A stretch of 64,000 nt of DNA. Origin: Selaginella moellendorffii (taxonomy: Eukaryota > Plantae > Lycopodiophyta). The translations under genes were made by a program, and so were the position numbers. The DNA lies in contig NW_003314318.1 in assembly GCF_000143415.4 (NCBI RefSeq), positions 124,001 through 188,000 of the forward strand, given 5' to 3'. The notes under the pieces are model-generated. The model ran no database searches. It was not told the origin of the DNA and was given only the letters and a program-made list of their open reading frames with translations. This document shows positions 1-11,971 of the stretch, piece after piece; position 1 is the stretch's first letter, and every line of letters begins with the position of its first letter.

Positions 1-1832
1 GACTTCGGGTATCGAAAGTTACCTATCGACCAGTCCTTACGGACACTCTTACCTTACTGCCACGATGGTAGGAGGTCGGTATTGCTGGACCCTTTATTAG
101 CCCCTCTTGTGCTAGTGGAGTTAACTAGGCATTTCGAGTGTACTTAGACCGGACGAGCATAAGGACGGAATTCCTATGTGTTATTAGCTAAGCATACTTA
201 GCCCGGTAAGGAGTTCCCGTCTCGTTTTGTCTTGCACTTGCTAGTGACAAGAACCCTCGCGTATTGAGATTAGTCCCTCAATATCGCTACATGATAGCTT
301 ACTGTGTCTACCAAACACCCTCACTATCATGCCCTTTGTGTTAGTCTCAATTCGGTCCCAAATGCTATTTATGGAAAGTGTCTAGATTTGCTCATTTGGC
401 ATATCTACGGAATGTAGAGATCGGCCTGAACACAATGGTGTTTGTCCCATGTCCAAATTCGCAATCTAGCGCCAGTCTCTCAAGGATTGGGCCATCCATC
501 CAGGAGTAACCATCCAAGATCCACTCTTTAGCATCTCTAAGATGCCCGCAAACATGGGGAACAACCTTCCCTAATATCCCTTTTACAGTCCTCACCAAGT
601 CCCTTTTCTGCCCATGGCCATGTTCGCCAACACTGCCACTGGGATAGGGCCCATAGGCCCGACCACTAAGTCCCACTGTCCTCTAGAACTTCCTCACCAC
701 ATGACCGTATCATTGGTCACTACACCAGAGGACCATTCCTCTTCCTTTCCATAGTCTGGGACTTTGGGACAACATTTCTGTCACTTTGTGGTTTTGACCC
801 TTTATCCTATGGTGATTTACCATAGGATAACCATGAAGCGGAACCTAAACCCTCTTTGTGCCATGTGACATATGCTACGTGTCCATAGGACAGTGGTGTG
901 GAACCCGAGGTTTAGGGCCCTGGGCCACTGAACAAAGGAATGGTGCTAAGCCCCCAAACATGGAGCCAAGGAGTGTTGGAACCAGACCACAGAGCAACTC
1001 CTGAGCATACAGCCCAAGGAGCAAAGGGACAGGAGCCCGGAGCGACTTGAAACAGTCCTAGAGCAACCAGTATCCTAATGCTAGGACCAGCATGCAAAAT
1101 GGAGTTAAACGGAGTCTGGTGCTATTTCGGCATATTGGTGACCTAATATGAGGATATAGGTACTCCACCAGCTAGCATGGAATGGAACTTGGGCTTAGAC
1201 CCAAGCCGGACGTAGAACAAAGACAGGCATGCAAGCGAGAGCTAAACTATGCCTCAGGTTTTGAGGAACACATGCTTTGGGCTTTCACCCCAAGCCTCCC
1301 TTAGTACCAAGAGTTAGTCTTTGGGACAAGCTTGAAACTTACTAAATATAGAATGGTGCTAAAATGTGAATTTGGACACAGGACGAATACTATTGTGTAC
1401 AAGCCAATCTTTACATTCCGTAGATATGCCAAATCAGAGCAAATCTAGACACTTTCCATAAATAGCATTTGGGACCGGAATGAGATTAACACAAAGGGCA
1501 TGATAGTGAGGGTGTTTGGCAGACACGGTAAACTATCATTTAGCGAATATTAAGGGACCAAGTTTAATATCACGGGGGTTCCCAACACTAGCAAGTGCAA
1601 GTCAACGAATGAATTTCTCTAACCAAGTCAAGTATGTTTGACTAAATAAACATTTAGGAATTCCTTCTTTATGCTCATCTGGCCAAGTGCACACACGAGG
1701 ACTAGTTTCTCAACTAGCTTAGGCAGAGATTAATAATAGGTCTAGCAATACCAACCTTCTGCCATCGTGGCAGTAAGGAAAGAGTGTCCGAAAGGACTGG
1801 CCGACAGATAATTTTCGATGCCCGAAGTCACA
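1..1832. mobile_element. LTR-like element with ~465-bp terminal inverted repeats (left end just outside window)
   Basis: 1-~463 is the imperfect reverse complement of ~1364-1829 (gacttcgggtatcgaaag.. vs ..ttttcgatgcccgaagtc). The right end is ..gtcaca. Interior 471-777 is homologous to the LTR block at 29611-29921 and 35681-35990. Confidence 0.7.
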
Positions 1833-2782
1833 TTTGTGACAGTAATGCATTCTTTTGATCTTTTTAGTATGTTAATCATTTTCCACACTTATACTTTTTT
1901 CTAAATTTTTTAATTACTTTTTAATAATTTTAGATTTTTACATTTATTTTCAAAAAAAAACTAATTACAAAATTTTGAGGAGACAAAGTTGTAGATGCTA
2001 GGGAATTCTTAGACACTCTAACCTACCCATTTCAGACACTTGATATAACACACATAGAAGAGTAAATAGTTTAAAAATGATAAAGAAAAATAAAAACATA
2101 AAACATAATAAGGCAAAGAAAAAGAATAAAAAAAAGAATAACATATCTTGATGAAATCATTACCTCATTATCAAAGTTATTAAACTACAAAATTCACTCA
2201 AGCTCATAGACATTATTTTCCTATAGTGTAATGCCATTTTATTCTTCTGTAACATAACTCTACCATTATATTACATATTTTATGTTTTAGCACCCAAATA
2301 GAAATATAAAATTGAACAAAGGAAATTTTCTTTTTGTTTTTGTAGTGTTTGATATAAAGAGTGATTGATAATAACTGATTTAAAAGTTATGGATAAACCA
2401 GTCTAAAGGATCAAATTGAGCTAACACAATCACACATCATAGCATATCTAAAATCTCTTATACATCAACAACATTCCTAAACAAGGACAATGTTGATAAC
2501 TCTAAAAATACACACTTCTATTAACTAAAAACACAAACTTCAAAGAAAAAGAATAAATCTAAAGTAAAATTAGAATACCAAACCATACACAGAATTCTCT
2601 TGGGCATTAAACCTGCGATGCCGTCCTCTAAAACCTTAACTCAGACACGACTTCTAAGACAACGCATTGGCTCGCTGCCTCCATATTGTTACTGGGATGA
2701 GACAAAGTCAAGGAAAAGCAAGACCTCATTCCCATTCCCATTTAGTGTACGACTTATCACTGCTGTGTTTTTCCTTCCATTC

Positions 2783-4359
2783 ATGGATCTTCTCTCCCTC
2801 CCAAGTTTGAGTGCCTTAGTGCTGCTTGCTGCAGCTCTCTGGTTTTCTTCTACTAGAAGAAGAAATCCTCCAGGAAATCTCCCTCCAGGACCACTCAACT
2901 TGCCAGTCATTGGCTGTCTCCACAAGCTCGGCTCGCTCCCTCACATTTCACTCCACAAACTCTCCAAGAGATACGGCGATGTGATGCACTTGAAGCTCGG
3001 CAGCGTGTCCACAGTCATAATCAGCTCCGAGAGAGCTGCCAGAGAGATTTTCAAGCGCCATGGTCTCGAGTTTGCCTCCAGAGCTCCACTGATCTGCGGG
3101 AAATACTTTGAAAACGACTACAGTGGTCTAGTTTTCAGCCAATACACTCCGGAAGTGAAGCTCTACAGGAAGCTCATCAACACTCACTTGCTCTCCCCGA
3201 CCAAGCTCAAAGTTTACGATGGAATCCGTCGCGAGGAGCAGTGCCGTCTCGCTCGATCTCTCAGTTACGAGCGAGGGAATCCGGTCCTCCTGCGGCAAAA
3301 GCTCCACAACATGAACATGAACGTGATAACTTACATGCTATTCGGGAAGCGCTTCTGTGGACACCACAAGAACACTGCGAATGTCGACGAGTTCCTACGA
3401 CGAATGTGCAAGCGATCGTGGAGACGGTTAGGCTGGCTGGAGTTTTCAATGTGAGCGATTACATCCCTGGAATTCGCTGGCTGGACGTCCAAGGCCTGGA
3501 GAAGAAATACAAGCAGCTCATGGACCGGATAAACAGGCACCTCTTGTCGATCTTACGAGACCGGCAAGGGGATCCTCCGGTTTTCACCAGCGACGAGCCC
3601 ATGGCTTTCATCGACGTGCTCATCTCGATGGGAGAGAAGCTCTCAGACACCACCAAAATCACACTTCTGCTCGTAAGTTTCTCTTGGTCAAAGTTGTTCT
3701 TCTTTAACGCTGGATGAATCCCACAGGACATTTTGCTGGGTGCTGTGGATACTTCGGCTCTCTCGCTGGAATGGGCCATGGCCGAGCTTCTCCGGCATCC
3801 AGCCGAATTCTCGAGAGCTCGGAGCCAGATTGATGCAATTGTCGGCAAAGAAAAGCTTGTGGACGAGTCGGACATCGCAAAGCTTCCATACGTCGAGGCC
3901 ATAGCCAAGGAAACAATGAGGCTCCGGTCAGTGGCTCCGCTAGCTCTTCCCAAGATCGTCCAAGGAGGCCCAATCGAGCTCGATGGCTACACCCTCCTGG
4001 ACGGGACTGTGATCTACATCAGTAGCTACTCGATCGGTCTGGACGAGAGGTTTTGGAAAGATCCTCTTGAGTTTCGGCCGCAGCGTTTCATCGACTTGCC
4101 AGACATCGATGTCTTTGGCCAAAATTTCAACTTACTTCCGTTTGGAACAGGGAGGAGAGTTTGTCCCGGTGCAAAGCTTGGATTTGATGCTGTCCAGATG
4201 GGTATTGCAACGCTCGTTCAAGGATTTGACTGGAAGCTGGATGGAGATCTTGATGATCCGGCAAAGCTGAACATGGATCAAACATTTGGACTGGTTTGTC
4301 AAAAGAGTCAACCTCTTGTGGCTATCCCAATCCCGAGGCTGGATTCTCACGTTTACTAG
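2783..4359 (+). pseudogene. Cytochrome P450 (CYP71-clan-like), frameshifted; exons 2783-3672 and 3727-4359
   Basis: N-terminal anchor, PPGP hinge, I-helix GAVDTS, ETMR, heme motif PFGTGRRVCPG; GT..AG intron 3673-3726. An 11-nt insertion (3395-3405) relative to the paralog at 14529-16105 breaks exon 1. Confidence 0.85.
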
Positions 4360-4664
4360 AAACATTAGCTCATACCAGCTTGTTTCTTCCATAAAGTTTG
4401 CTTCCTCTCCAGGAAACTATCATAATTTCGGGTGTGACGCTCGAAGAACTATCATGATTCAACCATTTGGTTTTCTAGCCTTTTAATGATACAACTGATC
4501 AATATAACAATGTATCAATTCATGTGGAAGAAAAGTAATCTAAAAACGTCTATCCAGGATCAGTTGTGGAGGTAAGAGTTTATCCTAGTTTAGATGGTGG
4601 ATGTGGAAATAGATATTTTCTAGAAATGGTGGAAGTGGATATAGAAAGATATTGCATGAAATGG

Positions 4665-5353
4665 TCACCTCCCAAATAGGCGACCAAAGAAACTCGTGGA
4701 AGAGTTTGATTCCAAGCACTACCGCCCGAGCTTATCTTTGGAGCGTGGCTCTTTCGATGTGTCCTTGCCACAAACTTTGCATCGCTTGTCCACCCATCCA
4801 GTTTCAACGTACGCACCCTTCACTGATTGATCACGCAATACCTTGGCATGAGGACGAAAATGAAAAGACCCGAGGAGAAAAAAACACTCAAATAAGAAAG
4901 GGACTTGTAAATACCATCGATTGATTCTTTGAAGAAATCCTTGTAGGTGCCACCGATCTTCCGCCTCAGAGCTGCGTACTGCAAAAGTCAAGAAGGGAGA
5001 GATGAGAAATTCGCACGCATTGGATGTTTTTTCTCAAAGATGTTTTTTCGTACTTGCTCTCGGGACATTTTCTCGCCCGACTTTGTAGCCTGACGAGCCT
5101 CGTCGATCAAATCAGCGTCCCTCTCCGACCTTGCCTGAGAGAAATCCAGCGCGTCGGTGATGCTAGTCAGAAGCGATGTCTTCTCCTGCTTCTGTTCACT
5201 CCCCTCGCCGGGAGGAGTTTCATCCTTTCTATCCTGTGCCAGAAGAAATATACTAACTTTTTTGTGGGGGCTGTGATTAACTTCCCACTGCTGCTGCTTG
5301 ATCGATCTGCCAAGAAAACTCCCCTTTGTTGCTGCAACCGAAGCTGCCGCCAT
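4665..5353 (-). pseudogene. Conserved uncharacterised plant protein with C-terminal CxxC motif; in-frame TAG near the end; exons ~5353-5054, 4978-4915, 4822-4665
   Basis: Spliced translation ..LDFSQARSERDADLIDEARQATKSGEKMSREQ|YAALRRKIGGTYKDFFKESID|VKGAYVETGWVDKRCKVCGKDTSKEPRSKDKLGR*CLESNSSTSFFGRLFGR* with canonical GT-AG introns. Confidence 0.65.
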
Positions 5354-5600
5354 TAGCAACAAGAAAAAACGAAAAAAGAAGATGACCAACTTTGAAAGAA
5401 TCGGACTGGCTTAACATAATAATAAAAAAGATATAGATAAAATACATTAACATAACAAATAACCACAAATATTAGAATATTCATGCATCCTGGGAATATC
5501 TATTCCACATAGATGTATATATTGAATCGAAAACGTGTAATTGTTTTTTAAGTTATCATCTCCATTTTATTAATTAAACAAATTTATTGATTGATTGATA

Positions 5601-5718
5601 GTTTGCACATACAGCCAAGAAAGGAGCCGTGATCAGGAGGAAGACAAGATGCAGCTTAAGTTTACACATACAGCCAGGAAGGGAGCCGTGCTCAGGCGGA
5701 AGACATGATGTGACTTAA
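5601..5718. repeat. Imperfect tandem duplication of a ~59-bp unit
   Basis: gtttgcacatacagccaagaaaggagccgtgatcaggaggaagacaagatg is followed by gtttacacatacagccaggaagggagccgtgctcaggcggaagacatgatg. Confidence 0.8.
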
Positions 5719-6658
5719 CTTGCATTTGCATCCAGTTTCATGCTTGACTACACAACTATCAAAACAATATATAGATAGATAGCATGATTTGGAGTGTCTT
5801 AAGCATGCTAGAGTTGGGGCTTTGGAAATGCCTCAATATCGATATCAATGTCCAACATTTTACTTCTTGAAAGCAAAATTGGCTTTGTGCTCAAAGTGGT
5901 GAAGTTTTATGGAAATGATAATTAAAATCAACTTGCAATGATGGTGGGTTGGTAGAAAAAAATTTGCCCATGAGGAACTTTATAAATTAGCTGGCAGATA
6001 TGAAAGAATCAATAATCCCATATGATAAATAGATCCATGGTTTGCAGCAAACTTGTTAGGTGCTAGAATCATACAAGTTGGTCAGGAGCACTGATGCTGG
6101 ATTTGCATGACGATTATTATTAACACTATTTAGAGTGTTAAAATTTTAAGAATGTAAGAAGAATTTTTATTTTAAGTTGTTCTGAGCTTAAGCAGTGGAA
6201 ATGCTAGCTAAGCTCAGTACATTTTTTTCATTGTCCTGAGCTAAAGCTGGGGTGTTAGCTAAAGTTTGGTTTTCTACAGCAACAACTATGCTGTTTTTTA
6301 GGGCTGTAAATGCAGGAATAATAAAACATTATTATTATTTTATAATTTACACCAACAATTTCCTTCTCATTCCATCTAGATAAATTTTTTTTTCTGAGTT
6401 CCTGGCAGTGTCATGAGGAAAGGTATGGTAAATTTGGCCTATATGTTTATTTTTTTGACAAAGATACTTTTATAGTAACTTTTCTTTTAAAGTTAAATAG
6501 AATAGAGCAGAAAAGTACAACAAACTTTTTCCTTTGAGATGATAGCTGGTTTTGAATTTTGATTTAGAAGACATTGTTCTTAAATTACTCACGGCACTTT
6601 TATCCTTGAGAACCAACATCCAGCTCCAAGTTATTATAGGAAGTTACAAGACAATCGT

Positions 6659-7033
6659 CTATGCCATATCACACCCATAGTCAACATTCTTGAAATTGCG
6701 CTGGAGCACACACTCCTCAAAGTCCCCAGCATCGTTTCTGAACTGGAGCCTCAGAGGCTCGATCCGCCAGTCGATGCTCAGCCTCCCGCCCTTGCAAACT
6801 TCCTTAAACTCCTGGAACTTCTTCGAGTTCCCGCAGTGCACGGGAGTGGTCTGGCCTCCCGTGCAGCCGTGAACTCCCTCCACCGATATCCCACACACTG
6901 GAATCTGGCACGAGCTCCTCCCACACCCGCTCGATAGCTCCCCATCCTTGAGCAAAACGGTGCCTGCATCCGAGCAGCCAAGCAGCAACGCCAGGATCCA
7001 CAAGCAGGTCATCACCTTCATCGTCCTCATCAT
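6659..7033 (-). CDS. Small secreted cysteine-rich protein (124 aa, 8 Cys in mature part), unknown family
   Basis: Intronless ORF from ATG 7033 (MMRTMKVMTCLWILALLLGCSDA, signal-peptide-like); TATA-like element ~7097-7104; a degenerate paralog lies at 17716-17928. Confidence 0.75.
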   Translation of the reverse strand: MMRTMKVMTCLWILALLLGCSDAGTVLLKDGELSSGCGRSSCQIPVCGISVEGVHGCTGGQTTPVHCGNSKKFQEFKEVCKGGRLSIDWRIEPLRLQFRNDAGDFEECVLQRNFKNVDYGCDMA

Positions 7034-7139
7034 TCTAAGTTTTGATTGGATCTTAGAATGTTGTTTGTTATGATAAGCTGGAATGGAATCGTTGGAATTT
7101 ATAGGCAAAAGCGTCCATACATTTCACAACGCGTGGTCC

Positions 7140-7424
7140 TTGACGTGACTGACCTCTCTGAACTACACGTTGGGATGCTAATAGACCAAAATGGTGTGCA
7201 GTCTTGCTTGACTTCGCTATAACGGACGAGGCCTTTTTGCGACGTGGTGAGATGACGTTTTTGACCCCATTAGAACGAGTATTAGCGACTGAAAGTTCTA
7301 ATCGTTCGAAATCCTTGTCTAAGTTCTCCGTGGCGAGGAATCGTGGCCTCCAAGAACTAGCATCAAAGACGTTTTGGTGTTAACTTTCAAGCCCGTTGAC
7401 CTTCATTGACTACGACCATTGACT
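7140..7424. promoter_or_regulatory. W-box / TGACG cluster upstream of the secreted Cys-rich gene
   Basis: TTGACY at 7208, 7261, 7396, 7406 and 7419; TGACG at 7141 and 7253. Confidence 0.5.
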
Positions 7425-7873
7425 AAAATTTACTTAACAATTACATAGTTTTATCTTATATGATTATTTCAAACAAGCCCTAATATCCTTCTAGGGCATT
7501 GCAACTAAAATTCCTCTGGCGCGATGCTCGACTTCGCGATCCGCTATGCGTTGGCCATCGCACTGGTCTTCTCCTGCATAGCTCTCGGTAATTCGCCATT
7601 ACATTTGGATCGATCCATTACCCCAATCTCTTTCAGGATGGTTCGTGGCGTGGAAGCTGCTGCTCGTTCACATTCCTCTTGTCCAAGAGATTTGCGGCTT
7701 GCGGAAGAAACCTAAGAAGCCCGTTCTCAGGGCCAGCGCTCCATTCCCGGACAGGTAACGCGAAATTTCGATCAATACCAGCTCGCTCCAATCCTTGAGA
7801 TTCGCCAGGGTGAAATCGCAGTGATTCTTAGGGTTTATCAGAGCAGGGTTTCCAGGGAGCAGCGGCAGCGGCA

Positions 7874-10800
7874 ATGTTCTCGTCCACGGCGTCTTCGATC
7901 TCCAAAATGTCCGCTCTCGTCAGCGGCGTCGGCACGGATGCTGCGATCTACGACGATCCCCAGGACGCGGACATTCCCACGCTGCTCGACAGTCGCTACG
8001 ACGCGGACAAAGCCCAGGGATTGAAGCGCCTCATCGCGCTCATGGCACAGGGACAGGACGTTTCCACATTCTTCCCACAGGTAAATTTCTCTTCTTCATA
8101 GATGATTAGCTTCTTCTATCGTCTCTTCCTTCACAAATTCCTTCTTTTTTTCACAGGTTGTCAAGGGCGTTGCTTCACAGTCTCTGGAAGTGAAGAAGCT
8201 CGTTTACATCTACCTCGTCCACTACGCTGATAAGTAATGCTAGAACTTCTCCAGTTTCCAGGAAAAAAAATTCTCCAACGCGATACATCTTTCTTCTTCT
8301 TTGTAGACGACCAGACGAGGCGTTGCTTTCTATCAACAGTTTCCAAAGAGATCTATCCGATATCAATCCCCTGGTTCGTGCTTGGGCCTTGCGAGCGATG
8401 TCCGGGATCAAGGTCCGCGCAGTTGGCCCTCTCGTTATCATGGCTGCAAACAAGTGCGCCAGAGATCCTTCTCCTTACGTTCGGAGGTGTGCTGCGAATG
8501 CGGTTTCCAAGATTCATTCCATGGGTGACGAACAACATTTCGACGAGCTTGTACAGGTACGGTTGTTTCCAGTTCGTTGTCTGTTGGATTAGTAACAGGA
8601 TCTTTTTCAGCTTGTGTCCATCTTGCTGAACGACAATTATCCGGGCGTAGCTGGAGCCGCAGCGCAGGCTTTTATCTCTGTTTGCCCGGAGCGTTATTCC
8701 TTATTGAGCTCCAGCTTCAGGAAGCTGTGTGGACTACTTTACGAGGCTGATGAATGGGGACAGATTTCTCTTATGGACATCCTGATGCGGTATATCGTGG
8801 CAAAGTATGGCGTTGTTAGAGATTTCAGCTCCGCGAACGTAGAATTCTCATGTTTACAGCAAGCACACGAAGAAAATGGTGGCGACTTTTACAAAGCTGA
8901 CACGACGTTTCCGGATGAGAGGTGGGAAGTGAGGCTCATGCTATCGTCTACGCTTTCTCTGCTACGGAGCCAAAATAGTGCGGTCGTATTACAGGCGGCA
9001 GTCATCCATTGGTATTTTTCTCCGGGCAATGAACTCAGCAACATTGTCAAGCCATTACTGTTTTTACTTCGTTCGTCGCTTGATGCACGGCATGTGGTGA
9101 GCATTTGGCAGTTACTTCAGCTTTTGATCTAAGCCTTCTGTTTCAGGTGCTTGCAAATATACTTTCTTTCTCGAAGTGTGAGCCAAGTTTGTTCGAGGCA
9201 TATTTTGAAGATTTTTTCATATGTTCTTCTGACTCTCAAGCTATTCAAGCTCTGAAGCTGGACATACTAACAAACATTGTGTCAGATTTGTCCGCCACGC
9301 AAATTCTTCAAGAATTGGAGGTAAGCAAGACAAATGTTTTCCTTTGCTTACTTGCTACTTCATCACAGGCCTATATACGAAACCCAAACTCTCAGCTGGC
9401 AGCAGACGCAGTAAACTCGATTGGCCGGTGTGCGCTTCGACTGTCTTCCACAGTGGCTATATGCACCAAGGGTCTTCTCAAGCTAGTCGTTTCTCGGTCT
9501 TCCCGTGACGACGATTCGCTCCACAATGCAAATGAGGCTGAACCAAAGGTTGGAGACTCTGGCCGCGAACAATATAGTCCGGGGAGGGGAAGAGTGGTGG
9601 TTCAAGCGGTTTCGTCGCTAAGAGCTATTATGCAGAAGCACCCAGCAGAGCAGGACCAGGTTTTTTTATGTTGTTGTGTAAGTGCTGGAGTACTGAACTT
9701 TAATCTTGTCTTGCAGGTAATCCTTCATCTTTTACGCAACTTAAACCACATTTTAGAACCAACTGCACGTGAAGTCGTCATTTGGATGATTGGTGAACAA
9801 GCAATTGCTCGTCCTGCACTTGCTGAAGGAATCCCTGTGGCCCTGCGGTATCTAGCCAAAACGTTTGCAAATGAGTCTAATGGAACTAAGCTTCAAGTTT
9901 TGAACTGCCTTGCGAAGGTAAGCTTCTTTGCTGCTGATCTCTATCTTACAGAAAAAATGATCCAGATCATTTCATCTTCTCAACGGTGCTCGTCTTTGAA
10001 GACTGTCCTGTTAATTCTTCAGTATATTCTGGATCTTGCCGCCTGTGATTTAAACTATGACGTACGAGATCGAGCCTGGATTTTACGAGTTCTCTTGGCT
10101 GGCCATTTAGACGCTATCAAGCACCATTCGTCATATGACGCAGATCCACGTCTTCCGGAGATTATCGACGCTATTTTACTCAACATTGATCAGTCAAAAC
10201 TTGATCCAGGTGTACTATCCAAAGCTGCCAACTCCATGTTTCTTCGCCAGAAGTCGGTACCAGTATTACCTTCGTTGAGTTTACAGCCGTCCACATTCCT
10301 ACCAGGATCGATGTCTCATATGGTTCAACACATGTCTCCTGGATACAGACCTCTTCCACGCGAAAGATACACGGATTTGAGTCCTTCCAGCCCAACTTTA
10401 CCCGAAAGACAACCCGAACTTCAAAGCCAGAGTGAATCTACGGACTCGGGTAGTGAAAGCTTTGAGTCTGAGGATGACGGGAACTATACAGATGACGTTC
10501 TTGCTGTTATAAGTGATGCCGACGGGAACACAGCGAAGGAGAAAGCAGATTTAATTTCGCTGTCTGACACGGAACTGCTGAAGAAAGACGCTTCGCCTGA
10601 GGATCTGTCCCCGTCTGTGGATCTTGAGTCGTGGCTTGGACCTGAAGAACCTTCCAATTCGCCAGAGGACTTCGATAAAAGCTCCAACTCTGAAGTGAAA
10701 AAGGTGCTGGCTCTTGACTTCACAAACGGAGACGGACTGGAAGTTCACTACGGCTTTATGAGAGGTCCTTCCATATTTTCGTCCAGCATGGTGTGTGTGA

Positions 10801-11526
10801 GGCTCTTCCTTCACAACAAATCGTCGGAACCAATGCATGGGATAGAAATCAACGATGGAGAAACTGCAGGGTACGCAGCTGTTCTTTTTTCTTGGCTTGT
10901 CTAATTTGCTCTCTTTTCTCTCAGACGCCAGACTGCTTTCGAGAGTGGCACAGCGAGAATCATACCACCGGAAGCAGTTGCTCTCGAGCCAGGGGAGAAA
11001 ACGGAACTCAATGCGCATGTTGATTTTCGGCACAACCTAAGTATCGTCAAGGTGTGGCTGCACTGCAACTCAAACAAGTTCCCTATCAAGATATCGCCAG
11101 AACCAGGCGTTCTTTTGCGTCCTCGGAAGATGAGTATAAGCGTGTTTTTGGCTGCTGAAGCCCGAATTGCTGGGATGCACAGGTCTTCTCGGAGGTGAGC
11201 TTTCTCTTAGTCTAGCTTGCCGAAACTTAGTCTTGTTCTGGTGCTGCAGAATTTATCTTCACGGAATTTCTCCTGGACAGTGTTGCAAAAGAATAGTCGC
11301 AGCTGCCAGGGTCTCATTCATAGGCTCGCGAGACGCCGAAGACGTGGTTCTTCTTTTTGGCGCGGAAACTCTCACAGGGTCACTCTTATGTCTAATCTCC
11401 GTGGCCTTGGAACCGGATGCTGTGCATGGCACGCTTACGATCTGCTGCGAGGACACTTTATTTGGCCTTGCGTTGCTGAATCATCTTGACAAAGCCTTGA
11501 CATCTCTTGAAAGCACCGATTCTTAA
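7874..11526 (+). CDS. AP3B: AP-3 complex beta subunit (beta-3 adaptin, PAT2-like), multi-exon
   Basis: LKRLIALMAQGQDVSTFFPQV, EVKKLVYIYLVHYA, LLSINSFQRDLSDINPLVRAWALRAMSGI, DLNYDVRDRA, acidic hinge and ear domain (LDFTNGDGLEVHYGF); multiple GT-AG introns. Confidence 0.93.
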
Positions 11527-11971
11527 CCATGTGTGCTCATGCGCATCTTGGCACGCGGCTATATTTTTTTCGTCTACGGGAGACATGCCATGTTGCTGGT
11601 CGTGCTCAACAGTTACATATTTTTTCGTCTTATCTGGGAAGCGGCCCAACTTAATATGGTAACTTAAGTCCTGTTGTCCGTTGAAGATTCTTTTGTAACT
11701 TTGTTGTTTACTGGTTCCTTAGGTGTCGCCGGCTATAAACACGCGAATTTTCGGTGTTTACAGATGGTGGCGGCTAGTGCCATGGTAACTACACTTCAGT
11801 GCGTGGGGCCTTGACGTCTACATTTTAGAGGCCATTTTAGAAACGGCTCCAAACGCTTGCGTCTGCCGCGTGTTCATGTTCATTCAAGCCAAGAAAATCC
11901 TTGAGCCGCGCATCATCGCCGCCTTCGAGCTCAACGAGGAATGACGCTACCTCTTCCCGGTTGCTACCAGT

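Noticed and set aside
5730-6300. Possible Harbinger-like transposase remnant
   Set aside because: Only a faint FGVLK-like phrase; no convincing TIR or TSD.
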